Source: a virus
Lineage: Duplodnaviria > Caudoviricetes
Reading direction: 5' to 3' (one strand)
IMG/VR virus record: IMGVR_UViG_3300042317_000620
Span: 9,170 to 73,169 of that record
Length of the DNA stretch: 64,000 nt
Part shown: one piece after another, positions 27,950 through 37,851 of the stretch
How positions within the stretch are numbered: the stretch's first letter is position 1
Layout: each line of letters starts with the position of its first letter
Notes under the pieces: model-generated
The model's database searches: none
Seen by the model: only the letters and a program-made list of their open reading frames with translations
What the model was told of the DNA's origin: nothing
Position numbers and translations under genes: made by a program

Positions 27950-28590
27950 ACTTCACCATCAGATTCAAGAACATCATAGTTATAGGCATTGGAATCCTCA
28001 AGTATCCACTTGTCGTAACTTTCAACATCCCACTTATTTGTATTAATTAGCCTATTTATTACTAGATCTTTTTTAGTAACAAATGATGGCTCTTTAATTC
28101 TTACCCTGTTGTTTGGCTGTACGGCAAAATTTCCATCATCTCTTTGAATAACATGTCCACATTTATGTTGCCCTGGATTTTCAGAATACCCATCATCCAA
28201 AATATTAGTTTCTGGGCTATGCCAATCTAAAGTAAATAGATAAGTTCCAGGAACATTAGTTTTATTTCTATCAATATAAGACATTCTCATATTGCTTAAT
28301 GCCTGAAACTTTGTAACAGAAACGTGTGAACTAAAAGAATTCCATAAAACAAGATTATGTATCGGTTCTTCTGGAACTCCTGGCTTAGTGCAGAATGCAT
28401 TAATTGGCATTCTCCACCAAATCCCACCATCTTCCATCATAAAATGAAACAGTGGGCTTCTTGCTTTAATACTTGAAACACCAAATATTACACATGGAAA
28501 ATACTGATCATGACTATCCAATTGATCTCTTAAAAAATTTCCACGAACATAACATTCAATTGGTGGTATGTTTGCATTTAACTCTGGCAT
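27946..28590 (-). CDS. Conserved phage hypothetical protein
   Basis: LNANIP, YLFTLDW, HKCGH, QPNNR; TAATG coupling. Confidence 0.65.
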   Translation of the reverse strand: MPELNANIPPIECYVRGNFLRDQLDSHDQYFPCVIFGVSSIKARSPLFHFMMEDGGIWWRMPINAFCTKPGVPEEPIHNLVLWNSFSSHVSVTKFQALSNMRMSYIDRNKTNVPGTYLFTLDWHSPETNILDDGYSENPGQHKCGHVIQRDDGNFAVQPNNRVRIKEPSFVTKKDLVINRLINTNKWDVESYDKWILEDSNAYNYDVLESDGEV

Positions 28591-29159
28591 TAACCAACCC
28601 CTTTTTCCCAATTATTTAAACCCCAATGTCCTATGCCACAAGCATCTGCCACATCATTGTCATCTATAATCTTATCATAGTTGATTTCAATAAACTTTAT
28701 AGTTCTTTCTTTTCTTATGTTACGCTCATAAGATTTATACCACGCATCTGACTTACCTGGATTTTTTGATCTAATAACAAGTTTTTCTTCTTTAGATAAT
28801 GCTTTATTTCCAATATAATTTTGCCAAGTTATTGGTGATACCTTTGCTACATTAAGCACCCCAGAAACTCCTGCTGCTCCAATAATAGCGCCTTGAACCA
28901 ACGCAAGATCTGCTGCAGTTTTTGGACTATTCATAAATACGGTATGTTCAATAATTATAGAATCAGTATTAATAAATGATTTATCTTTTAAAAACGACTG
29001 CACTTTTTTTGATGCATCAATACATTTTTGATAAATATCTTTTCCTTCAAAATTAATCTTTCCAATCATTTTTAAATTGCCAAACTCAAAAAGGGCAAAT
29101 GCTAAACTATTAGTGCTTGCATCAATAGCAACAAATTTTTCTGGTCTAACGTATGTCAT
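28590..29159 (-). CDS. ruvC: RuvC-like Holliday junction resolvase
   Basis: AIDAST, IIEH, DVADA.GIG acidic catalytic set. Confidence 0.75.
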   Translation of the reverse strand: MTYVRPEKFVAIDASTNSLAFALFEFGNLKMIGKINFEGKDIYQKCIDASKKVQSFLKDKSFINTDSIIIEHTVFMNSPKTAADLALVQGAIIGAAGVSGVLNVAKVSPITWQNYIGNKALSKEEKLVIRSKNPGKSDAWYKSYERNIRKERTIKFIEINYDKIIDDNDVADACGIGHWGLNNWEKGVG

Positions 29160-29439
29160 AATAGTCTATTAGTCCTTTCAAATCTTTTAATGCTTTATTA
29201 ACCTTTTTATTATCTACAGAACAGTTTTCACAATAGTTAGAGTCGTTATATGCTGAAAGAACAGTTCCACATCCTCTTGCACATTTACGATCTTTGCCAT
29301 GTCTTTTTTTTCGTTTATTAATTGCTTGCTTTTCTGCAATTTTAATCTTTGTCGCCTCTACTCGACATTCTGGACTACAATAAATTTGATAACTTACAGT
29401 AGGAGAAAATTCATTCTCGCACCACTCACATGGCTTCAC
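29146..29439 (-). CDS. Cys-rich zinc-binding protein
   Basis: C..C...YCS..C and C...C...C..C. Confidence 0.65.
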   Translation of the reverse strand: MKPCEWCENEFSPTVSYQIYCSPECRVEATKIKIAEKQAINKRKKRHGKDRKCARGCGTVLSAYNDSNYCENCSVDNKKVNKALKDLKGLIDYYDIR

Positions 29440-30238
29440 TCAATTGCTCCAGCGAACCAATTTTAATTACCCCTGGTTCCGATTGGGCGCATGCCTTTTG
29501 TATTGGACATGCTTTGCAAATTTTAGAGTTTGATCTATAATTTTTTTGTGGTAACTGCTTATCTTGCCATGCTTGCCTTACGGTTTTCATCCAATCAAAT
29601 GTAGTATCAATCCATTTTCTATAGTGGTCATTAACACTAATTGGAACTATAAACAACTCATAATTATTTTTATTCTCATAGATCATTAAGCCATTAGACA
29701 TCTTCAATATCTTCATATAAATCAACAACTGTGCAATATGATATGTCTTTGCTTTGTTTGTTTTTTTAATATATTCAAAACCTTCATTGCTTACAGTTTT
29801 AATTTCAATAACAAACTCTTCGTTATTCCACTCAATCATTCCATCTGCCCAGCCATAAATAGGAGGGTCGTTGCTAAGAATTTTAAACTCTGTTGTGTCC
29901 TTACCATCTTCATCTACAAACTTTTTGGCAATCCCAGACTTTAGTAGTGCATCTTGAATTCTACCGTGAGAAAGAGATCCATTAGACATATTTGCTACTG
30001 AAAACGGAGTGTTTGTGCTTTCAAAAACAACACCATCAAATGCATGATACCAATATCTAGGACATTCTCCATGTCCATAAATTAAGCCTGATGGCGCAAA
30101 TGTTTTTTTCTTTTGATGTTTTGGATCTTGTCCGACCATATAGCCAGACTGTATTTTTTCAATAACTGCATTCACATCTATATCATTTTCTGATTTTGCT
30201 GGTCTAACCATTACTTGCTGTAGTAAACTTTTAGTCAT
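29426..30238 (-). CDS. Cas4-like PD-(D/E)XK exonuclease
   Basis: CPR, DG, EIKT, QLLIY, C..CP...C. Confidence 0.8.
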   Translation of the reverse strand: MTKSLLQQVMVRPAKSENDIDVNAVIEKIQSGYMVGQDPKHQKKKTFAPSGLIYGHGECPRYWYHAFDGVVFESTNTPFSVANMSNGSLSHGRIQDALLKSGIAKKFVDEDGKDTTEFKILSNDPPIYGWADGMIEWNNEEFVIEIKTVSNEGFEYIKKTNKAKTYHIAQLLIYMKILKMSNGLMIYENKNNYELFIVPISVNDHYRKWIDTTFDWMKTVRQAWQDKQLPQKNYRSNSKICKACPIQKACAQSEPGVIKIGSLEQLSEAM

Positions 30239-30266
30239 TATATTCCTTTGTTTATACAAGTATACA

Positions 30267-30566
30267 CTATTTCGTAATATATTTTAGTGCTGATACTAAA
30301 TTGTTTACTGATTCTGCTGCAGTGTAGTAAATATTTTTCTTTGCCCTGTTGTTTTTGTCAACATTTGCCATCCAAGTTGCCTTTAATGATAATTTAGCAG
30401 CAATAGCCTGAAGCCTGACAATCTCTAGTGTTGCCACTTGAATTGGGATATCTGGCTTAATGATAAGTTTAGCAATCATAGTAAGTGCAGTTGTAAGATC
30501 TTCATCTTCCATATATTCTGATATTTCTGAAAGACCATTAATCATTTCTAGTGTTGTTTTTTCCAT
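30267..30566 (-). CDS. Hypothetical protein
   Basis: 99 aa helical ORF; TAATG coupling. Confidence 0.65.
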   Translation of the reverse strand: MEKTTLEMINGLSEISEYMEDEDLTTALTMIAKLIIKPDIPIQVATLEIVRLQAIAAKLSLKATWMANVDKNNRAKKNIYYTAAESVNNLVSALKYITK

Positions 30567-31198
30567 TATATTATCCCTTTGTCATATTTTAACTTTATTG
30601 TTTTTTGTCTTATATCTCTTTCTTTGATAAACTCTGGTGATATTTCATTGATATAGGTTGTTTTTTCAGAAAATTGACACAACAACATATCTAAATATTC
30701 ATCATCATTAAAAACTTTTTTTTCTCTCCAATGTACTTCATTGGTTCCAGAAAATATTAATGCCTCATTATTTTTTAAAATACTGCTTTCTCCTTCAACC
30801 ACAATAGCCCAATCCAGGTTACTATCTAATTGAATATCAAAAGTTAATCTAGGAGTTTTAAATTTTGTATCAACATGTGGATGTAAATTTGGACTTCCAT
30901 ATTGTTTTGAATATCTAGTAAAAGAAATACTTTCTAATTCTAATTGTTTGTTTAATTTTTTTTCTGCTATATCAATAATTTTATCAAATATTTTTTTATT
31001 AATTTTTAAATTTATCGATCCATTATTTTCTTCCTTGTATTCTTTCCAATATAAAATTGAATACAAACGCCCTAATACTTCTTGAACAACATAATCTTCT
31101 TTTATAATATTATTAATTTCACTATAAAGAAAAGTCAATTCTTCTTCTGTAAAAATATTTTTTATAATTTTAGTATTAGTTATAGTATTTATATCCAT
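30566..31198 (-). CDS. 2OG-Fe(II) oxygenase-like, paralog 3
   Basis: LHPHVD, FDIQL, HWR. Confidence 0.65.
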   Translation of the reverse strand: MDINTITNTKIIKNIFTEEELTFLYSEINNIIKEDYVVQEVLGRLYSILYWKEYKEENNGSINLKINKKIFDKIIDIAEKKLNKQLELESISFTRYSKQYGSPNLHPHVDTKFKTPRLTFDIQLDSNLDWAIVVEGESSILKNNEALIFSGTNEVHWREKKVFNDDEYLDMLLCQFSEKTTYINEISPEFIKERDIRQKTIKLKYDKGII

Positions 31199-31817
31199 TT
31201 TTCAATTCTTTATCTAGCCAAACTTTACTTTTTACTTCACTCATTTTAACATTTGGAGGATTTTTTAAATCTTTAGAATCTAAAAAATGAAAGAAAACCA
31301 TTTGTAAAAAATCATCTTCTTTAAAATCATATGGTCTTCTCCAGTGAACTTGATCTTTTACATTAATCCAAAATCCTTGTCCGTCCAATAACTCAACCTC
31401 TTTGCCCTCTACCATGCTACGCCAATTAATATTTGATTTTAATTGATAATTAAAAGTTATAAAAGAAGATGTTTGGTCTAGATGTGGTGGCAAAAATGGC
31501 GTCCCATATTTTTTATTGTATTCTACAAAAAATGCTGGACCTAAATATAAAGATGGAGAGTATTGTTTAATATAGTTATTGAAAAATTTAACAATTTCTA
31601 AATCTGGTGTTAAATTAATCCTAATTCTTCCCAACTCTTTATTTAACAATACTGACGGTTCTTCAAAGCGCATACTTTCATTATTATTTGTTTCTGCTAA
31701 TGGCATAAACTTTCTTGTATCATCTAAAAATTTTTCAAAACTTTCTAAAACATCTGTTGGAAATATTTTGTCAATAATAACATTGTTATTTGTTAAAAAA
31801 TCAACAGTTTCATTCAT
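31176..31817 (-). CDS. 2OG-Fe(II) oxygenase-like, paralog 2
   Basis: LPPHLD, FNYQL, HWR. Confidence 0.65.
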   Translation of the reverse strand: MNETVDFLTNNNVIIDKIFPTDVLESFEKFLDDTRKFMPLAETNNNESMRFEEPSVLLNKELGRIRINLTPDLEIVKFFNNYIKQYSPSLYLGPAFFVEYNKKYGTPFLPPHLDQTSSFITFNYQLKSNINWRSMVEGKEVELLDGQGFWINVKDQVHWRRPYDFKEDDFLQMVFFHFLDSKDLKNPPNVKMSEVKSKVWLDKELKNGYKYYN

Positions 31818-32400
31818 TTATTTTTTCTTCCTCTCTGCTCATATTTAATTCACTTTGCCAAAAGTCACACTCAGACTCAAGATATTCTCTATATTCAGGA
31901 TCAAACTCAGCATATTGATCTGAAGAAAAATGAAAAAATATCATATCTAATTGTTGACCATCTAAAATTTTTTGATCTTTTCTCCAATGAATTTGATTTG
32001 TTCCAGAAAAAACAAGCGCTTCGTTATTATTTAAAACAAACTCTTTTCCTTTTACAAATAATGGCCATTCAAAATTGCCACCCAACTGAACATCTAACGT
32101 AATTCTTGGTTTAGGAAAAACTTCATCAAAATGAGGAAACAGTTTTGGTACGTATCCAGTTTCATTGGTATAACTGACAAAACTGTGCTCTGTCAAATAA
32201 ACAGAATAATCCAAAACATCATTCATTGTTTTGGTTACTTTATCTAAAATATTTGATGGCAAACCTGCATGATAAATTTTTTGACCTAGCAGTGTGGATA
32301 AATGGGTGCTGTCTACTGTTTTTATAAATTCATATATTTGATTTATTTCATTTGCTGTAAATATATCATTTATGATAAAGTTTTTATGGTTATTATACAT
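31810..32400 (-). CDS. 2OG-Fe(II) oxygenase-like, paralog 1, leaderless
   Basis: LFPHFD, LDVQL, HWR; TATAAT 6 nt before ATG. Confidence 0.65.
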   Translation of the reverse strand: MYNNHKNFIINDIFTANEINQIYEFIKTVDSTHLSTLLGQKIYHAGLPSNILDKVTKTMNDVLDYSVYLTEHSFVSYTNETGYVPKLFPHFDEVFPKPRITLDVQLGGNFEWPLFVKGKEFVLNNNEALVFSGTNQIHWRKDQKILDGQQLDMIFFHFSSDQYAEFDPEYREYLESECDFWQSELNMSREEEKINE

Positions 32401-32407
32401 AATACTA

Positions 32408-32692
32408 TTATACACCATCCATATATTGTTCTAAAACGTCTACTTCTATTATAGCAAGTCTTATTTTTTTATTGCCTTCACCCAAAACAATAACAAGTGC
32501 TGGATCGCTATTATTCTTAATTGCATCTGTTACTACTTTTGCCCAAACAGCAGCATTAAGAGTAAATGATTTTGCACTTTCCTTAAAATCTACAGTAAAA
32601 CCATTCCAAGAAGCATCTCCCTTTTTAGTATTTCTACCAGAGTTTTTATGCTGTATAGCCCCTAACCTTTTAGACTCAGAACGCTCACTCAT
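32408..32692 (-). CDS. Small PD-(D/E)XK nuclease, resolvase-like
   Basis: E, NSGR, KGD, VDFKE. Confidence 0.6.
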   Translation of the reverse strand: MSERSESKRLGAIQHKNSGRNTKKGDASWNGFTVDFKESAKSFTLNAAVWAKVVTDAIKNNSDPALVIVLGEGNKKIRLAIIEVDVLEQYMDGV

Positions 32693-32861
32693 TTTGATAA
32701 TCCCTTTTTGATTTAGGAAGTAGGTTTACTTTAGATATATGTTTTTTCGTACACATCCAAGTTACGTCTTTTGTTTCAAGCCAAAACCTACAGACATCTA
32801 TAACTTCACTACATTTTTGACATGCAAATTTACCAGTAAAAGTTTTAAACTTTTCAGACAT
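32685..32861 (-). CDS. 58-aa zinc-ribbon protein, not in the ORF track
   Basis: MSEKFKTFTGKFACQKC...WMCTKKH; fills the gap after recA. Confidence 0.7.
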   Translation of the reverse strand: MSEKFKTFTGKFACQKCSEVIDVCRFWLETKDVTWMCTKKHISKVNLLPKSKRDYQNE

Positions 32862-33870
32862 TATTAACTTTATTCTTTATCATATCTTGTAAGTCTAAAT
32901 CTTCTCTTACTCTGCTTACAAATGTATCTCTACCCTGGATCTTTGTGCCATCGTCAAGTTGATACCAAGCACCAGTCCTATTGATTATCCCCAGACTTTC
33001 TGCTGTATCAACCAAATCAGCGATGGAATCAATACCAAGATCATCACCTCTAAAATAAAAATCGTACTCACCAGATTGGAAGGATGGAGAAGTTTTTGAA
33101 AACTGTAACTCCCACCTAACTTTACGACCAACTTTTTCTTCAATGAGTTTGTCTCCGACATGTATCTTCCCCTTCAATGCTTGATTGTCTGATTCTGATG
33201 AAAATAGTTTAACAACAGTTGATGAGTAAAACTTTGTTGCCTGACCACCAGTTGGTTGTTGGCTGGTATACATTGCACTAATATTATTTCTTGATTGTGA
33301 AATAAGAATAAACAAAGTTGGCTTAACCTTATTGTTTGCATAATTAATCATCTTCCATGCATTACTAAAGTCACGAGATTCTGCACCAATTTGTTTAGTA
33401 TTTTCTAATTGTTTTAGTTCATCCGTATCTTTTTCAAAATATATTGCTGGTAACAATGAAGTAATTGAGTCAACTACAATTAAATCAACTCCAGCCTCCA
33501 TTAGTTGCACACCTACATCAACCATTTCATTAATTGTTCTAGCCTTTGAAACAATTAATTTAGATGTATCTACACCAAGTTTTTGTGACCATTCTTTATC
33601 ATATGACATTTCAGCATCAATCCAAGCACAAATCTTTCCTTCTTGTTGTGCTAAAGCAACTGTCTGAAGGCATAAAGAGGACTTAGCAGAAGACTTAGAT
33701 CCCCACATAAGGACTTGTCTACCATACGGCAAACCACCGTTTAAAGCCCTATTAAGACCAGTGCTAGGTGTTGCTGCATATTCTGTTGCTGGAACTGAAT
33801 CTCCAGACATTATGCTTTTACGTAATTTAGGATTAAGTTGTGCTAAAACTTCTTCTATACTAACTGACAT
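32854..33870 (-). CDS. recA: RecA-like recombinase
   Basis: LNGGLPYGR, WIDAE, IVVDSI, ISQ.R, TGG.ATKFYSS, GAWY. Confidence 0.9.
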   Translation of the reverse strand: MSVSIEEVLAQLNPKLRKSIMSGDSVPATEYAATPSTGLNRALNGGLPYGRQVLMWGSKSSAKSSLCLQTVALAQQEGKICAWIDAEMSYDKEWSQKLGVDTSKLIVSKARTINEMVDVGVQLMEAGVDLIVVDSITSLLPAIYFEKDTDELKQLENTKQIGAESRDFSNAWKMINYANNKVKPTLFILISQSRNNISAMYTSQQPTGGQATKFYSSTVVKLFSSESDNQALKGKIHVGDKLIEEKVGRKVRWELQFSKTSPSFQSGEYDFYFRGDDLGIDSIADLVDTAESLGIINRTGAWYQLDDGTKIQGRDTFVSRVREDLDLQDMIKNKVNNV

Positions 33871-36800
33871 GTACATCCTCCAATGTTACTGTTCCGTCTT
33901 TTGTCTTTCCAAAATCAAACTTATAGGACTTTCCTTCTTCAATATGCATATATGCTTTTGCAAATGCCGTAGGAAATACTGTGACAGAATGAAGATCTCT
34001 AGATGTATCTGCAAGTGTTAGAGAAGCCATCTTTTTACCTGTCTTTGTAGTTCTTGACTTAAGAGATATTACAAACATTTGATCGTCCTTGTATGGTAAC
34101 TGCTTGTATCCAAGGAACTTAACAAGTGCGTTAGATGATTCTTTTATTTCTTCAGAAGGTATGGAAGATACAATCCTATTATCATTACAAAGAACCAAGT
34201 AAGAACGACCAGTCTCAATAGTCGTATTTTCATCATCAAATATACCCACAGACCCAGTTTTGTCCAAAATTTCAACTCGTGACCATCCTGTTCCTCTTTT
34301 AATTGATTTTACCATACCCATAAAAATGTATGATCCCTTTTCTTCAAAGTCAACAATATCCTGAATAAATGCATAGTAGTGAGAAGGTATTGCAATATTA
34401 AACTCTGGAAGGTTTAAGTATTCATACAAGTTCTCTTTAATCTCTTTATCATTTCTAGGGTTGTCATTAAATGTTGCAGCACCAATTACCCTTAATGCTT
34501 GTAGAGCACGACTATTTACTCCGTTCCCCTTGGTAAATGTGAACTGTTCAAGTTCTTTGTACGAACTAAAAGGTCGTGCTGAAATATATCTTTCTGCAAT
34601 TTTATCAGATATGTACTTGATAGCAGTGAGCCCAAACCTAATGCCCTTACCCTCAATTTTAAAATCGATATCCGAATCGTTAATGTGAGGTAACTTAACG
34701 CTAATGCCCATTCTTTTTGCTTCAATAAGATATTCAGTTCTCGCATCTTTATCCTTTTCATTTTTTAATAGTGCGAACATAAACTCTAGGGGGTAGTAGT
34801 ATTTGAGCCACGCTGTCCAATACGAGAGAGTACTGTAAGCAACGGCATGCGATTTGTTGAACGAATACCCAGCATGCGCTTCAAAATCATGCCAAAGATC
34901 CAAAGCACTATTAGGGGAGATATACTTACTAGCACCACTAACGAAACGATCTTGGAACTCCTTAAACTCTTTAGCATCTTTTTTCTTGCCAATGATCTTT
35001 CTAACTTTATCTGCTTCCGACATGGACATACCGCCAAGGTGTACGCATGCTTGCATAACTTGCTCCTGGTAAAGAATGCACCCATAAGTATCCTCCGTAA
35101 ATGGTTTTAGAATTTGGTGAAGATAATTAATATTCTGACGACCGTGCTTACGGTCAATATAATCTTTACCAATTGTGTTAGCAGCACCTGGACGCACCAA
35201 AGCATTTGATGCTGCTAGTTCGTTGAGGTTCTTAACGCCCATCTTGACAAGAAGGTTGGTGTATGGTGCTGCTTCGCACTGAAACACTCCCTTTGTATAT
35301 CCATCTGATATCATCTGATATACATTCGCATCGTCCATCTTAATCTTAAGAAGGTCAATCTTTTTGCCATCTCGTTCTTTGATTATGTTAATTGTATCCT
35401 TAAGAACAGATAAAGTCTTAAGACCCAATGCATCAATCTTAATCAAACCAATTCTTTCAGCCTCTTCCATATCAACACCAACGACAGGAATTCTTTCATC
35501 AGATCCTGTAGATGATCTTGTTTCAAGTGGTGCGTATCTAAAAATTGGTTCCTTACTTGTTACTACACCTGCTGCGTGGATTCCTGTACCACGAATGCGA
35601 CCACGAAGTTGTTCTCCATAGACTTCTACTTCTGGATACTTCTCACGAAACTCTCTTGTTGATTTTGAACTACAGAAATCATCCCAAGAGTCTACAGTCT
35701 TCAAAACCTTATTGACATCTGATAGCGGAATGTTCAACACTCGTGCAATATCTCTAACAATTCCTTTACCAGTGAACTCAAGGAATGTAGCAATAGATGC
35801 AACATGTCGATACTGTCTAACTAGATAGTCTTTTACTTCTTCACGGCGAGTATCTTGAATATCTGTATCGATATCTGGAAAATCGTTACGCTCTGGGTTA
35901 ATAAAACGGAAAAACAAAAGGTTGTGCTCAATAGGATCAATGTCTGTAATCTTTAGTGCATAACAAACAAGAGAACCAGCAGATGATCCACGACCAGGCC
36001 CAACCATAATCTCTTCTTTCTTTGCCCAGTTAATCATATTGCTTACAACAAGGAAGTACGGAGCAAACTTTTTATCTTTAATAATCTGCAACTCTTCTTC
36101 AAGTCTATCAAGATACTCCTGATTTTCTGACAAACCTCGTTCTACCAAACCTTCTAATGCAACCTTTGCAAGTTCCTTATCAGGACTCTTATACTGTACT
36201 GGTAGTAAGTCTAATCCTTCTTGGATTCCATAGTCTTCTACTGTCTCTGCTAACAGAATTGTGTTTGAATAGATGTCAGGTCTATCTATCCCCTGCGATT
36301 CCATCGCTGCTTTAATCTCTTCGTATGAGAGCAGGTGAATATCAAACTTATTAAATGTAATCTGACGGTCTTCGCCATATAGATAATCTAGGCGTTCCAT
36401 CATGCTGCCTTTTTTCTTTGACTTCTCATACGTTGCATCTTTTACAAACTTGCCATGTGTATTCATTAACAACTTAAACTCTTGTACTTCTTTTTGTGAT
36501 GTATCAACATGGTGACAGTCTGGCGTAACAATAACTTTAATGCCAAACTCGTCTGCAAGATCTATTAAATGTTTATTAATATGCGCTTCGTTATGAGGCA
36601 TTACTTCAATATAATAGTCATCTCCAAAGCGTTCTTTAAACCAAGATATGTACTTCTTGGCAAGAGCGAACTCTTCTTCTTCTAATGCTTTTACAAGCAC
36701 ACTACTTGGACAAGCAGAGGTAACAATAATACCTTCTTTATACTTTTCCAAAATAGTAAAATCAAATCTTGGTTTCTTAAAAAAACCATCTGTCCAAGAT

Positions 36801-37135
36801 AGTTCACTAATCTTGTTTAGATTTTCCAAACCAATTTGATTCTTGGCTAGAAGGATAATGTGATTATAGACAAGATCTTGTTGACCTTCTCTTTCAGACT
36901 TATCTCGTGTATCAGATATGTCTGCACACATGTATCCTTCTAGACCCAGAATTGGCTTAATGCCCTTTGCTTTTGCAATACGGTGCAGTTCCCTATGCCC
37001 AGATAAAGTACCGTGGTCAGTGATTGCTATTGCTGGCATCCCTAACTCAACTGCACGGTCAACGTATTCTTCTGGAGTAGCAATCCCATCAAATAAACTA
37101 AAATGGGTGTGGACATGTAAGCCTACGTAATTCAT
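33860..37135 (-). CDS. dnaE: DNA polymerase III alpha subunit
   Basis: HVHTHFSLFDG, TDHG, GRGSSAGS, PDIDTD, HAAG, KIDALGL, FNKSHA. Confidence 0.95.
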   Translation of the reverse strand: MNYVGLHVHTHFSLFDGIATPEEYVDRAVELGMPAIAITDHGTLSGHRELHRIAKAKGIKPILGLEGYMCADISDTRDKSEREGQQDLVYNHIILLAKNQIGLENLNKISELSWTDGFFKKPRFDFTILEKYKEGIIVTSACPSSVLVKALEEEEFALAKKYISWFKERFGDDYYIEVMPHNEAHINKHLIDLADEFGIKVIVTPDCHHVDTSQKEVQEFKLLMNTHGKFVKDATYEKSKKKGSMMERLDYLYGEDRQITFNKFDIHLLSYEEIKAAMESQGIDRPDIYSNTILLAETVEDYGIQEGLDLLPVQYKSPDKELAKVALEGLVERGLSENQEYLDRLEEELQIIKDKKFAPYFLVVSNMINWAKKEEIMVGPGRGSSAGSLVCYALKITDIDPIEHNLLFFRFINPERNDFPDIDTDIQDTRREEVKDYLVRQYRHVASIATFLEFTGKGIVRDIARVLNIPLSDVNKVLKTVDSWDDFCSSKSTREFREKYPEVEVYGEQLRGRIRGTGIHAAGVVTSKEPIFRYAPLETRSSTGSDERIPVVGVDMEEAERIGLIKIDALGLKTLSVLKDTINIIKERDGKKIDLLKIKMDDANVYQMISDGYTKGVFQCEAAPYTNLLVKMGVKNLNELAASNALVRPGAANTIGKDYIDRKHGRQNINYLHQILKPFTEDTYGCILYQEQVMQACVHLGGMSMSEADKVRKIIGKKKDAKEFKEFQDRFVSGASKYISPNSALDLWHDFEAHAGYSFNKSHAVAYSTLSYWTAWLKYYYPLEFMFALLKNEKDKDARTEYLIEAKRMGISVKLPHINDSDIDFKIEGKGIRFGLTAIKYISDKIAERYISARPFSSYKELEQFTFTKGNGVNSRALQALRVIGAATFNDNPRNDKEIKENLYEYLNLPEFNIAIPSHYYAFIQDIVDFEEKGSYIFMGMVKSIKRGTGWSRVEILDKTGSVGIFDDENTTIETGRSYLVLCNDNRIVSSIPSEEIKESSNALVKFLGYKQLPYKDDQMFVISLKSRTTKTGKKMASLTLADTSRDLHSVTVFPTAFAKAYMHIEEGKSYKFDFGKTKDGTVTLEDVHVS

Positions 37136-37138
37136 CTC

Positions 37139-37786
37139 CTACCAGTCAGTATTTGTGCTGGTAATTGATGGGCTGTCAAAGCCAAGGTAGAACGCTTCTT
37201 GTTCTGCATAAGGAATCTTACGAAGAGCAGACTCTAGTGGATATGGCTCTGTGCCTGTCCAATCAAATGGCTCCTTATCTGGTGCAGATGGAATAAGTGT
37301 GTAGTTGGTTTCAGTTCCCTGACCATTACGTCTCAACTTCCAGACAACATTTGAAATGCTTCCAGTCTCCATTGCATATTCCTTGATTGTATTAAATGAT
37401 GATTGCTTGCTGATACCCATTGACCAGATAGCAACATATGGTGGCTCTAGGCCATCGTCTACAAGAACATTGCAGTAGAAACGAAGACGGGCTCTCCAGC
37501 CAGCCTTTGGATCCTTGCGATGCATCTCTTCTGCCCAATCACGACCTTCTGACTCCATTGTATCTAGAGCCTTACGCTTGTAGTCCTTTGGGTTGGTGTG
37601 TTCCTTGACAACTAGTGCAAGTCCACGACCTTCGTTATAGTTTGCAGAGTCTTCGTCAAGTTCTTCAATAAAACGAATCTTTGCTGATTGTCCGTCTGCT
37701 AACTTTAGCCAACGAACTTTTGGTCCATCTGATTTTGGTTTGTCGAGCAGGGCATTGATGTTTTTTAGTCCCTTTACTACGCTCAT
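37139..37786 (-). CDS. Single-stranded DNA-binding protein, gp32-like
   Basis: KIRF, NVLV, RNG.G..TNY, acidic/aromatic C-terminus; next to dnaE. Confidence 0.65.
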   Translation of the reverse strand: MSVVKGLKNINALLDKPKSDGPKVRWLKLADGQSAKIRFIEELDEDSANYNEGRGLALVVKEHTNPKDYKRKALDTMESEGRDWAEEMHRKDPKAGWRARLRFYCNVLVDDGLEPPYVAIWSMGISKQSSFNTIKEYAMETGSISNVVWKLRRNGQGTETNYTLIPSAPDKEPFDWTGTEPYPLESALRKIPYAEQEAFYLGFDSPSITSTNTDW

Positions 37787-37851
37787 ATTATTCTCCTTTT
37801 TGTTTGTTTATTTATTTAGTTTATCATAGATGGTTGTTTTGTGCAACTATG

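Noticed and set aside
29426-30238. Cas4-like gene as a sign of CRISPR-Cas
   Set aside because: No repeat-spacer array or other cas genes seen; solo Cas4-like nucleases are common in phage recombination modules
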